Origin: an uncultured virus (IMG/VR IMGVR_UViG_3300034284_002793)
Taxonomy: Duplodnaviria; Heunggongvirae; Uroviricota; Caudoviricetes
Strand: one strand, 5' to 3'
IMG/VR virus record: IMGVR_UViG_3300034284_002793
Span: 1 to 64,000 of that record
Length of the DNA: 64,000 nt
Part shown: one piece after another, positions 1-7,959 of the stretch
Position numbering within the stretch: the first letter of the stretch is position 1
How the letters are laid out: each line of letters opens with the position of its first letter
The notes under the pieces: model-generated
Told to the model about the DNA's origin: nothing
Databases searched by the model: none
The model's input: only the letters and a program-made list of their open reading frames with translations
Position numbers and translations under genes: made by a program

Positions 1-4
1 AAAA

Positions 5-79
5 TGGTGGACAGTGAGGGGATCGAACCCCCGACCAACTCGGTGTAAACGAGCCGCTCTACCGCTGAGCTAACTGTCC
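5..79 (-). tRNA. trnV: tRNA-Val(TAC), CCA encoded
   Basis: Cloverleaf GGACAGT..ACTGTCC-A-CCA; anticodon arm GCTCG-TTTACAC-CGAGT; T loop TTCGATC. Confidence 0.95.
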
Positions 80-82
80 ATG

Positions 83-166
83 TGGGAGTGGATGGATTCG
101 AACCAACTAAGCCAAAAGGCGACAGATTTACAGTCTGTTGTAACTCTCCAACTTTACCGCGCTCCC
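83..166 (-). tRNA. trnY: tRNA-Tyr(GTA)
   Basis: Anticodon arm ACAGA-CTGTAAA-TCTGT, long variable arm as normal for Tyr, TTCGAAT T loop. Confidence 0.93.
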
Positions 167-179
167 AATTCATACTATT

Positions 180-208
180 AGTATACAATTTTTGTATTAA
201 AATGTCAA
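180..208 (-). promoter_or_regulatory. sigma70-type promoter for tRNA-Tyr/Val
   Basis: TTGACA-17 bp-TATACT directly upstream of tRNA-Tyr. Confidence 0.75.
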
Positions 209-214
209 ATAAAA

Positions 215-291
215 TGGCGTTCCCAGCAGGGATCGAACCTGCAACCTACAGCTTAGAAGGCTGTTGCTCTCTCCAGTTGAGCTATGGGAAC
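215..291 (-). tRNA. trnR: tRNA-Arg(TCT), CCA encoded
   Basis: GTTCCCA/TGGGAAC acceptor; anticodon arm ACAGC-CTTCTAA-GCTGT. Confidence 0.95.
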
Positions 292-298
292 GTAATTA

Positions 299-685
299 TT
301 AAATTTTAGGCAAAATCAGCACTAGTCCCTCATGAACTTCTCTATGGCAGTTGGCGCACAATAGAATACATGGGGTGTTATTAATTTCATCTTTATATTT
401 TTGCTGATTATTGTCCCTACCTATTCGTGAAAATTCCAGCGTTTTACCTGCGGGATCAACGTGATGCACCTCTAGACCGGATAGGCACTTGTTATAGCCA
501 CAAATTTGACATTCACCACCCATGTATTCCATTAAAAAATATTTATTGTCTTTTCTTATATCACTTTTTCGCATATTTTTGCATGGTTTGCATTTGTAAT
601 ATTTTTTATCACCAACAACTTTATTAAGTTCATGCAATACATCTCCATGTACTTTGCAATTTTTGATTATTGATTTAGCATTCAT
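299..685 (-). CDS. HNH (homing-type) endonuclease with Zn-binding motifs, between two tRNAs
   Basis: CKVHG, CKPC, CQICG..LEVHH..LLCANCHREVH; start moved to ATG 685 because the track's upstream part lies inside tRNA-Asn. Confidence 0.85.
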   Translation of the reverse strand: MNAKSIIKNCKVHGDVLHELNKVVGDKKYYKCKPCKNMRKSDIRKDNKYFLMEYMGGECQICGYNKCLSGLEVHHVDPAGKTLEFSRIGRDNNQQKYKDEINNTPCILLCANCHREVHEGLVLILPKI

Positions 686-690
686 TAATT

Positions 691-765
691 TGGCTGTCGA
701 GGTAGGATTCGAACCTACAACCAATGAGTTAACAGCTCATCGCTCTACCATTGAGCTACTCGACA
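691..765 (-). tRNA. trnN: tRNA-Asn(GTT), CCA encoded
   Basis: Anticodon arm ATGAG-CTGTTAA-CTCAT; acceptor TGTCGAG/CTCGACA. Confidence 0.95.
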
Positions 766-799
766 TTATTACTTATAATACAACTGTATGCGCTCAGGG

Positions 800-991
800 T
801 CAATTTTTTCTTCTTATATAAAGCACAGCTTGCTCTTCATAAAAGCACCTAATAAGCGTTTTATCTCCCGAATATCCTTTTAAATAGTAATTTCTCCAAA
901 TTGGGAATAAGTTGAATCTCCATTGTGGCACATAGTATCTTTGCTCATTCTCAATGATTTTTTTAACTCTATAGCTGTATAAAAAATTCAT
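800..991 (-). CDS. hypothetical protein
   Basis: 63-aa ORF with GTGTAA motif 9 nt upstream. Confidence 0.6.
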   Translation of the reverse strand: MNFLYSYRVKKIIENEQRYYVPQWRFNLFPIWRNYYLKGYSGDKTLIRCFYEEQAVLYIRRKN

Positions 992-1021
992 ACATACTAT
1001 TACACCATAATTTGTAAAATT

Positions 1022-1061
1022 AAAAAAAATAGCAGACTATACTATGATAGCCTGCTATTTT
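1022..1061 (-). terminator. intrinsic terminator
   Basis: AAAATAGCAG..CTGCTATTTT inverted repeat followed by a U-run on the minus strand. Confidence 0.7.
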
Positions 1062-1082
1062 AATACTTTTAAATACGGGTTT

Positions 1083-1190
1083 TTATTTAACAGCAGCGAC
1101 TGTAGTTTTGCCGCATGGCTGACAAGGCTTTTTGGAAGCACAGGCTGCCAATGCAACAACTACAACGATTGATAGAATAATATTTTTCAT
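1083..1190 (-). CDS. 35-aa lipoprotein (not in ORF track)
   Basis: MKNIILSIVVVVALAACASKKPCQPCGKTTVAAVK; lipobox LAA-C; TTGACT..TATAAT promoter upstream and terminator downstream. Confidence 0.8.
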   Translation of the reverse strand: MKNIILSIVVVVALAACASKKPCQPCGKTTVAAVK

Positions 1191-1253
1191 AAGGCCTTAT
1201 TATATAATGTTTATTAAATAAGTCAAATATTTTGTTGGTTAAAAATAATAAAA

Positions 1254-1460
1254 TGGTAATGAAGTGTTTTACTCTAGAAATTGTCACTTCTTCAACGAGT
1301 TCTGGCATGGAGCCAGATGCATCGTCATAGCTTGTATTTTAATAATGATACTTTCGTAGCTTCCCATGACTTTTTGCTCAGTATCGGACCATTCTTATCA
1401 ATCACCAACAAGCAACTTCAGTTTGGCTGATCAAGAATATGCGTCATGAACTTGATCGTA
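1254..1460 (-). ncRNA. unassigned ~205-nt structured RNA
   Basis: Several helices (GATACT/AGTATC, TCTGGC/GCCAGA, GAAGTG/CACTTC, ATTCTT/AAGAAT) behind a TTGACT-17-TAGTAT promoter (1467-1495); ends ACCA then a U-rich tract. Confidence 0.6.
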
Positions 1461-1491
1461 TAAATTATACTACGTTTTTTTAAATGGAAAG

Positions 1492-1677
1492 TCAATCTTT
1501 TTTCTTTTTTCTTTCTCTGACCCATTTATTTTTAAATCTCATAGTCCAATCTATCAATGCATAGGCAAATCCAACATCGCGCCCAGCCTTTTCACTCTCG
1601 TACCACTTATGCTTCATTATCTCCTCTTTTTGCGCCAAGAATTCTCGATATAATGATGTTTCTGCGATATTCATCAT
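1492..1677 (-). CDS. small DUF4032-like protein
   Basis: SLYREF..EEI.KHKW.ESEKAG.D.GF..AL.DW motif. Confidence 0.7.
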   Translation of the reverse strand: MMNIAETSLYREFLAQKEEIMKHKWYESEKAGRDVGFAYALIDWTMRFKNKWVRERKKKKD

Positions 1678-1690
1678 ACTCTATATTACA

Positions 1691-1804
1691 CTAATATAAT
1701 AGGATCGCAACAATACTTGCAATTATTAGTATTGCTGCAAATGTAAAACAACATAAATCCATAACTTGTATGAATTTATCTTTAAATGTAGGATCCGCTC
1801 TCAC
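1691..1804 (-). CDS. 37-aa putative membrane peptide (not in ORF track)
   Basis: GTG start; RADPTFKDKFIQVMDLCCFTFAAILIIASIVAILLY, hydrophobic C-terminus. Confidence 0.45.
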   Translation of the reverse strand: MRADPTFKDKFIQVMDLCCFTFAAILIIASIVAILLY

Positions 1805-1872
1805 TCTATAGTTTAGTACGAACGCAACAATATTTAATTAATTAAATTTCCTCCTTTCTTGTTTTGGTTAAG

Positions 1873-1943
1873 CTGGCTCGCTACGATTTGAACGTAGAAA
1901 AGTTCCTCCAAAGGGAACCGTGATACCGTTTCACCACGAGCCA
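1873..1943 (-). tRNA. trnQ: tRNA-Gln(TTG)
   Basis: TGGCTCG/CGAGCCA acceptor; anticodon arm GTTCC-CTTTGGA-GGAAC. Confidence 0.9.
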
Positions 1944-1986
1944 ATATTGTTGTAACTATATATTACATTAAAATAGCTTAATCTTC

Positions 1987-2277
1987 TTAAAAATCAAAGA
2001 ATTCTTGCCGCTCTCGATCTTGATGACACATCTCCTCTTTGATCATTTTTTCTAGCTTGTGTTCTAAAAAATCTAGAGCTTTATCGTATGTCTCGAAATC
2101 TTCATCAATTTCGTCTGCTACGTAACCATGATGTTGAACGCAGTATGTTTGATTTTGGCCATAACTCCAAACTGTATTGATGTAAAAATGGCAATCACGA
2201 TCTTTATGGTGATCCTTACCAATTAACTTATACCATTCATCTGTTAATTGTGTTATTTTTTTAAGCTTGTCTTTCAT
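1987..2277 (-). CDS. hypothetical protein
   Basis: ORF with DHHKDRDCHFYI motif; likely start MKDKL. Confidence 0.7.
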   Translation of the reverse strand: MKDKLKKITQLTDEWYKLIGKDHHKDRDCHFYINTVWSYGQNQTYCVQHHGYVADEIDEDFETYDKALDFLEHKLEKMIKEEMCHQDRERQEFFDF

Positions 2278-2279
2278 AA

Positions 2280-2678
2280 TTATCCCAAAGTACAAAGATC
2301 AAAATCAATCAATACGGGTTTATTTCTAATCTTGCCAACATTATCAGAGAAAAGATCATATGTACTCCATCCCATTGATGAAACATTTTTTCTTAACGCG
2401 GACATTTCTTCATTATTAAGCCCACCCTGCATTGCGTGTTCAGTAACATAATAAAAATAGCGTCCTTTGGTTCCCATAAATAATGGTTTGGGGCCAAAGC
2501 CCATTTTGTGGGCAGCATCTTGTCGAAAAAAGCATCCCTTACATTTTAGTTGACTGGTATAGAATTTTACACCATATCGCCCACTAATTTGAATGTAGTA
2601 CCGAACAGTTGCGGAATCTGTTTGTTCATAAAACCGCAAATTGATTTTGTTGATGATTTTTTTAAGTTTAGCAATCAT
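2280..2678 (-). CDS. minimal protein-kinase-like protein
   Basis: GVK (beta3 Lys), DLFSDN catalytic-loop-like and LIDFD metal-binding-like motifs. Confidence 0.55.
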   Translation of the reverse strand: MIAKLKKIINKINLRFYEQTDSATVRYYIQISGRYGVKFYTSQLKCKGCFFRQDAAHKMGFGPKPLFMGTKGRYFYYVTEHAMQGGLNNEEMSALRKNVSSMGWSTYDLFSDNVGKIRNKPVLIDFDLCTLG

Positions 2679-2998
2679 GGCTCACAAACAAGAAGTGCAA
2701 GACTATTTCCGCTAAAAAACTCTTCTACTGTTTTTTTTGCTGTTTTGAAATCATATTTTCCATCGACCCATTTGCAACCACGATCATAAGCAGTGGCTTC
2801 TTCAATTGAAGAATACTCCTCATAAACAAAATCTTCGCCACAGCACTTGCAAGTTACATTATCTGGATCGCGCTTAAATAGTTCTTTAAAAGTCCTAACG
2901 GCTTCTCCAAGCGGCTCATCAATATATATGTGAGCATAAGGCGTCTTCAAATGACCACCACTATGCATATCCATGAAACGTGTAACAGTTTTCTTCAT
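2675..2998 (-). CDS. hypothetical protein (CxCC motif)
   Basis: MDMHSGG and TCKCCGEDF motifs; leaderless behind TTGACA-17-CATAAT. Confidence 0.75.
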   Translation of the reverse strand: MKKTVTRFMDMHSGGHLKTPYAHIYIDEPLGEAVRTFKELFKRDPDNVTCKCCGEDFVYEEYSSIEEATAYDRGCKWVDGKYDFKTAKKTVEEFFSGNSLALLVCEP

Positions 2999-3041
2999 AC
3001 CACCATTATGGGATTTTTTACAAATTTTGTCAATAGAAAAC

Positions 3042-3335
3042 TTGGTGTTTTTGTCGCACTTTGGACCAGATCAGAGTTGCGCCCCTGCTGGCATCAGTTA
3101 ACAATTTTTCTTGATTATAGAGTTAACCTCAGAACACCTAACCATTTATACAAGAGTTTTGGCCCATATAGCCTTGGTTTACCCAGAACCTACGCTCTTT
3201 TTTTTAATTACATATGTGCGCGCACACTATGTGATCTTATTTACTGTGAAACCTATATCATAACGATTATAGGGGGTAGAGTTGCATACCTTATAAGGCG
3301 ATCCCATTTTTTGGCTGGTCATCGCCACACCACCA
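3042..3335 (-). ncRNA. unassigned ~295-nt multi-helix RNA
   Basis: At least seven helices; preceded by GTGTATAAATA and boxA-like GTTCTTTAAAA; no credible minus-strand ORF. Confidence 0.65.
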
Positions 3336-3392
3336 TTTGCAAAATTTTAAAGAACTATTAATATTTATACACACTCTTTATAAAAAGATCAA

Positions 3393-3617
3393 TTATTTTT
3401 TAAAAATTTTTATTTCAAGAATGCGAAATTTTGTTCCCAAACCATGGCTTTTAAAATTTTCTACTTCTTGCGTTGCTTTTTTAACATTTTTATAATTGAT
3501 AAAATCGTGCCTAATCCAAGATTTAAACAAGTGGCTCCAGCATTCAATTTGGTAGTATTTATTCATTTTAAAAAAGTATTTCAAGTCCAGTTTCACCATA
3601 GTCAGGCATCCCAACAT
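3393..3617 (-). CDS. hypothetical protein
   Basis: ORF track; true start probably the later MNKYY. Confidence 0.5.
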   Translation of the reverse strand: MLGCLTMVKLDLKYFFKMNKYYQIECWSHLFKSWIRHDFINYKNVKKATQEVENFKSHGLGTKFRILEIKIFKK

Positions 3618-3825
3618 CCATAGAGTGATTGCTGATATATGGTTGCGCCATTTTTCCTTTGATATTTAATCGCTCATTAATCGGATAAATTGCAGTAATA
3701 ACGTGCTTGCCTTTGGTGAATTGCTGATTGCTATATTTAGTGCCTGTGACTTCACCCTTGACTTGAATTTTATCCAGATGTTCGCATGCTGTCAGCAGAA
3801 GGCATAGTAGTATTATTGCTTTCAT
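3568..3825 (-). CDS. putative lipoprotein
   Basis: MKAIILLCLLLTA-C lipobox. Confidence 0.7.
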   Translation of the reverse strand: MKAIILLCLLLTACEHLDKIQVKGEVTGTKYSNQQFTKGKHVITAIYPINERLNIKGKMAQPYISNHSMDVGMPDYGETGLEILF

Positions 3826-3943
3826 CGTTTTCGTTTTTTTTAGACCAGTCTATCAAATCATAATTATCTTTGAATTTTTTGGAAAAGCAATTTCTTGGCT
3901 TATCGCCTTTTCCCGCCCCTTTATTTGATGCTTTTTCGCTCAT
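3770..3943 (-). CDS. small basic phage protein (not in ORF track)
   Basis: MSEKASNKGAGKGDKPRNCFSKKFKDNYDLIDW..., 57 aa; GKGDKPR/NYD.I.W motif. Confidence 0.6.
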   Translation of the reverse strand: MSEKASNKGAGKGDKPRNCFSKKFKDNYDLIDWSKKNENDESNNTTMPSADSMRTSG

Positions 3944-3955
3944 AAATTTGTTAAA

Positions 3956-4027
3956 TAGAGGCAGTAGGACTTGAACCTACAACCCTCACCTTATCAAAGT
4001 GATGCTCTGCCATTGAGCTATGCCTCT
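3956..4027 (-). tRNA. trnI: tRNA-Ile(GAT)
   Basis: AGAGGCA/TGCCTCT acceptor; loop TTGATAA; TTGACA-17-TAATCT promoter upstream. Confidence 0.93.
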
Positions 4028-4078
4028 GCGTATTCATAGTTTAGATTATCTAAATTTTATTTAAATGTCAAAAAGAAA

Positions 4079-4160
4079 TGGGCATGAAGGGAGTCGAACC
4101 CCTACTCCTTACGGAACCAGATCCTAAGTCTGGCGCGGCTGCCAGTTACGCCACATGCCC
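4079..4160 (-). tRNA. trnL: tRNA-Leu(TAG)
   Basis: CCAGA-CTTAGGA-TCTGG anticodon arm, long variable arm. Confidence 0.95.
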
Positions 4161-4162
4161 TT

Positions 4163-4429
4163 TTATTTGTTATACTTACACCAAGCATAGACAAGAATCA
4201 AGCACATAATTAAACCTACACAGTAGTTTAAAAACCACCACAGGCCAAATGTGCCCAAAAACATATAAATCATTCCTGAAATATACCCAACGATTGACAT
4301 TAAAATTAGCATTAATGAAACATCTTTGGATGAATGATTTTTAAAAATTTTAACTATTTGTGGGATATAGCAAAACATAAAAGCAAATGTCATTACTATC
4401 CCAGCAATCTCTCGCATTATCTCTTTCAT
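4163..4429 (-). CDS. SemiSWEET/PQ-loop family 3-TM transporter
   Basis: CYIPQIVKIFK..SSKDVS PQ-loop signature, three hydrophobic helices, 88 aa. Confidence 0.8.
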   Translation of the reverse strand: MKEIMREIAGIVMTFAFMFCYIPQIVKIFKNHSSKDVSLMLILMSIVGYISGMIYMFLGTFGLWWFLNYCVGLIMCLILVYAWCKYNK

Positions 4430-4644
4430 AGTGAATATGCCATTTCGTTATTCCATTCTGCAAACTCTTCAATTTCGTCGATAAGCTGCTTCTCCATAAA
4501 TTCAATAAATGCAATATCATTACTCAATTCACGCTTGGCTATCAGCATAGTATCGGACAATTCTTCTTGTGGAATTGTAAGAAGCCAAAGAATAATTTTA
4601 CCATATTGATTGACTTTGGTTTCTTTATTCATATTGCCCTCCAA
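4426..4644 (-). CDS. hypothetical protein
   Basis: Acidic ORF coupled to its neighbours. Confidence 0.6.
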   Translation of the reverse strand: MEGNMNKETKVNQYGKIILWLLTIPQEELSDTMLIAKRELSNDIAFIEFMEKQLIDEIEEFAEWNNEMAYSL

Positions 4645-4963
4645 ACAATAAATCTATATCTTCATCTGATGCTTTTAAAATCCATTTGTTCATTTCGGGA
4701 ATTCTATCTAAGTAGTTTAATATGTCTAGGTTATACTTTTCTGTGAGAAAAGGCAATATTATAAAATAAAAGATGGATGGATCTTCGAGGTCGCCGTCAC
4801 GAAACCAGCTTGGCATATTCCAATCAAATATATATTTTGAGTCATAGCCGTGATCGTCCATGAAGTTATGGAACGTATTTACAAGATGATTTTTTGGTAG
4901 CTTATTGACAATTTTGCAGAAGCTGCAATTACAATCTTTTGTTTTGTGAGATTTCCCTTTCAT
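4625..4963 (-). CDS. hypothetical protein (N-terminal H..CNCSFC)
   Basis: ORF track, ATGA coupling to the upstream HNH gene. Confidence 0.7.
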   Translation of the reverse strand: MKGKSHKTKDCNCSFCKIVNKLPKNHLVNTFHNFMDDHGYDSKYIFDWNMPSWFRDGDLEDPSIFYFIILPFLTEKYNLDILNYLDRIPEMNKWILKASDEDIDLLFGGQYE

Positions 4964-5601
4964 TTTATTTTATCTAAAAATATTGCCCAATCAGGATTAA
5001 GAGCTTTAATAAGTAAATGCGCGGTCATAGGTCTTGGATTTTTTAGTTTGTATTTTGGACTGTACCCATGTTTGGACACAAATTCATCAATTGTCATGTC
5101 ATTTTTTAAACGATTAATTTTTGATGATGTGATGGCAAGATTATCCCAAGAATTTTTGCCGCCTTTTGATTTTGGATGCAAATGATCAATTGTTGCTTCG
5201 TTATAGGTGAGCTTTTCCCCCGTCCAAAAATCAACGCCATCATAACGTTCGTAAAGATTCTTTTTTGTAGGTCTAAAAGTTTTAATTGGAAGTTTATTAT
5301 AATTGCTTCCTACAATAGCCACTGTTGGAACGCGAATTTCAAGATTGATTGTGTGGATTGAAAACTCATCGTGCTCTCTTGGTGACAATGTGACCCACTC
5401 ATCCCAGCCAAGTGGGATAATTTCGCTTGGGCTAGCATAATCTGGCTCCCCATTATCATCTTCTAAATACTCTATCTTAATGGCTTTTTTGGGGTAATTA
5501 GCAGAATTCATATCTTCCAATACTTTCTTAACTGGAAGCGTACAGATGGGCAACCAAGAAGCATTAAGCATTAAAACTTTATGATTTAGAATATTAATCA
5601 T
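4960..5601 (-). CDS. HNH endonuclease (McrA-like)
   Basis: VLMLNASW.P N-terminus, IRVP, TIDHLHPKSKGG..SWDNL....IN..K. Confidence 0.85.
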   Translation of the reverse strand: MINILNHKVLMLNASWLPICTLPVKKVLEDMNSANYPKKAIKIEYLEDDNGEPDYASPSEIIPLGWDEWVTLSPREHDEFSIHTINLEIRVPTVAIVGSNYNKLPIKTFRPTKKNLYERYDGVDFWTGEKLTYNEATIDHLHPKSKGGKNSWDNLAITSSKINRLKNDMTIDEFVSKHGYSPKYKLKNPRPMTAHLLIKALNPDWAIFLDKIK

Positions 5602-5667
5602 TTAAAAATAAAGATTAGAATTTTTTGGGTTAAAAGTAAAGATTATTTAATAATAAAAATGTAATGA

Positions 5668-6156
5668 ATGGTGAAGTTTATGGACAAACAAGATTTGCCA
5701 TTATTGGCGACAACAGAACACAAAGATGATATGGGTCGCCGCTCATATGATGAGAATGGTAATGGTAACGGCTGGTCACGATATCAAATAATGGTATTGC
5801 AGCAATTAACTGACCACACAAAGCTTCTTCAAGCATTAATGTCAGAAATTAATACAATAAAGCAGCAAATTGCAATCACGGATATTGTATCAAAAAATTG
5901 GAGAGATCAAGCTGATAGGTCAATACAGGAATTAAAAGATGATGTTGAATTTATTCTTGAGGACGAAGGTGGTATTAACCAAAGATTAAAGAGTATTGAA
6001 GATAATACAAAAATAGAAGAAAAGTCAAGCTTAAAAATAAAAGCATTTTGGGGTCTTTTGGGTGGGGCAGTTGTGGTAATTGTAGATTTGGCAATAAGAG
6101 TTGTAAGCTTGATTAGTAGTAAACTGCAAATTATAATGCAAAATCCGCCGCAGTAA
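5668..6156 (+). CDS. coiled-coil protein with C-terminal TM helix
   Basis: Heptad-rich core, hydrophobic FWGLLGGAVVVIV. Confidence 0.7.
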   Translation: MVKFMDKQDLPLLATTEHKDDMGRRSYDENGNGNGWSRYQIMVLQQLTDHTKLLQALMSEINTIKQQIAITDIVSKNWRDQADRSIQELKDDVEFILEDEGGINQRLKSIEDNTKIEEKSSLKIKAFWGLLGGAVVVIVDLAIRVVSLISSKLQIIMQNPPQ

Positions 6157-6184
6157 AGTTGCGCTAACTAGTGTAACTTTAATT

Positions 6185-6586
6185 ATGGTAGTAAAAACAT
6201 TTTTTATTTGCCTTAGTGCGGTTTTAGTTCTCGGACTATTGCCTCATTATTCTACAAAGCCGCCAGAGGAAGATTTTGTACTCAATAATGGCTGTTTAAT
6301 CTATTCTATTCAATATCAGCACGCACTAAAGGCTAAAAAAATACTTGGCGAATCAGAAGTTTGGGCTAAAGTTATAATGTACAAAGTATTGGGGGCAAAA
6401 GCGGGACATGCTGTTACTCTGTATATTTATAAAAACTCTACATATGTGTATGATCCGGCATTTGCAAGCTATCAATTGGCGCAATTTCCTGTATACAATC
6501 CATACAAGGTTGCAAAAATGATGCATCCAATGAATGATATTGTATGGGCTGAATATGCAGAGAATGTGATGCTATATAACCCTTAA
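6185..6586 (+). CDS. membrane-anchored Cys-His-Asp (transglutaminase/papain-like) protein
   Basis: N-terminal TM; NGC..GHAV..VYDP triad spacing; GTGTAA motif upstream. Confidence 0.55.
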   Translation: MVVKTFFICLSAVLVLGLLPHYSTKPPEEDFVLNNGCLIYSIQYQHALKAKKILGESEVWAKVIMYKVLGAKAGHAVTLYIYKNSTYVYDPAFASYQLAQFPVYNPYKVAKMMHPMNDIVWAEYAENVMLYNP

Positions 6587-6590
6587 TTTT

Positions 6591-7919
6591 TTATCTAGTT
6601 TCGCGCCACTGAAGACTGGTTAATACATTTGTAGTATTTCCTGGCCCAGTAGCAGCATTTTTTAATAAAACGGCAAATATATTGCTGTCCGTGCTGTCTA
6701 TGTTTTGACTAATATAATTTCTTTTAGCGCTAGAAACATTTGCTAAACTTGAAGATACTCCAGCAGTATTGCCAACCCCAACTGCGTTTACCGTAATAAA
6801 TCCAGCATCAAATAAATTTCCGCCATTTAAATTAAATCCAGTCGCTGTAATATTATATTCTACAACACTTGAATCGTCTACGCTTTGCCAAGATCCTCCA
6901 ATTAAAGAAGCACCACTTGGTAGGCGCCAAAATTCATAAGAGCAAAGTTGGTCGGCACTATAAAGTTGGGAAGATCCCAATCTAACAACACTTCTATTTG
7001 GTGCCCCATAATATCCAGTTTTTAATCTTATTGCAATAACTGGCATTGTAGATCCAGCTGTTATATTTCTATATCCAGTAGTTCTTGCTGCAAAATCTAC
7101 ACCAGCTTCACTATAACCACCTTCGCTCACTACTGTTGCACAAATTTGATCCATAGAAGATATTCCAGTCGTTCCATTACTATAGTTTCTAATTTCACAA
7201 CGAATCGGCAAATTAGGATTGCTCCAATATACAGTGTTTTTATTATTACTATTATAAAATTCGTGAGCAATAATCGTATTGCCATCATGTACAAATCCCG
7301 CACGTACGCGACCAACTCCAAGCCATTGATAATCAGCTGTAAATAATTGGGTTTTAGTAATATCTAAATTAAAAGCTGATGGGCCAGTTCCATCACAGCG
7401 ATCTTTATTCCAAGCGGATTGTGGAATTACCGTATTTTGAACACTTCCAGATACGTCACTTCTTAATACGATAGCTAAGCTACCATCGCCGCTATGTTGG
7501 AAAAATATCCCATTATAATCATCATACAAGCCAATCCTTTTATTAGTTCCAGATCTGGGAGGGTGAGAATTAAAGCTTTGTAGTGTTAATTGGCTTTTAC
7601 CAGCCATATAGTGATGGTACATGCGGCTTTGATGAATTACATAATCATTTGCGCCAGTGCCAACTGTTAGAATAGCTTTTGCTTGCTTTACATTGAATGC
7701 AATATTAGATTGCGTGCCGCTAGTTTTAGTTAAAAGCTCTGTTTCTTCTCCGTAAACATGAGTATAGTCAGCCAACGTGTATTGCTCTGATACTCTTTGG
7801 CGACCAAAAGCATCTATTGTTCCATCTTTGTACAAATTTTGTACATTCAGAACGCCGTCAGTAACTGAAACTTTTATTGGTGCGTCTTGATATTCTTTTT
7901 CTATTCTATAGATGTGCAT
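6591..7919 (-). CDS. putative virion structural protein
   Basis: DAFGRQRVS N-terminal motif, beta-rich 442 aa, behind GTGTAA motif. Confidence 0.65.
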   Translation of the reverse strand: MHIYRIEKEYQDAPIKVSVTDGVLNVQNLYKDGTIDAFGRQRVSEQYTLADYTHVYGEETELLTKTSGTQSNIAFNVKQAKAILTVGTGANDYVIHQSRMYHHYMAGKSQLTLQSFNSHPPRSGTNKRIGLYDDYNGIFFQHSGDGSLAIVLRSDVSGSVQNTVIPQSAWNKDRCDGTGPSAFNLDITKTQLFTADYQWLGVGRVRAGFVHDGNTIIAHEFYNSNNKNTVYWSNPNLPIRCEIRNYSNGTTGISSMDQICATVVSEGGYSEAGVDFAARTTGYRNITAGSTMPVIAIRLKTGYYGAPNRSVVRLGSSQLYSADQLCSYEFWRLPSGASLIGGSWQSVDDSSVVEYNITATGFNLNGGNLFDAGFITVNAVGVGNTAGVSSSLANVSSAKRNYISQNIDSTDSNIFAVLLKNAATGPGNTTNVLTSLQWRETR

Positions 7920-7959
7920 AATTATATATATTAATTACACACAATAAAATTAAAAAAAA

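Noticed and set aside
82..309. 75-aa + strand ORF
   Set aside because: Antisense shadow of tRNA-Tyr and tRNA-Arg.
1087..1308. 73-aa minus ORF
   Set aside because: Overlaps the structured RNA, a promoter and the better-supported lipoprotein in another frame.
2930..3361. 143-aa + strand ORF
   Set aside because: Opposes local gene orientation, overlaps a real gene and promoter, and covers a helix-dense region better explained as ncRNA.
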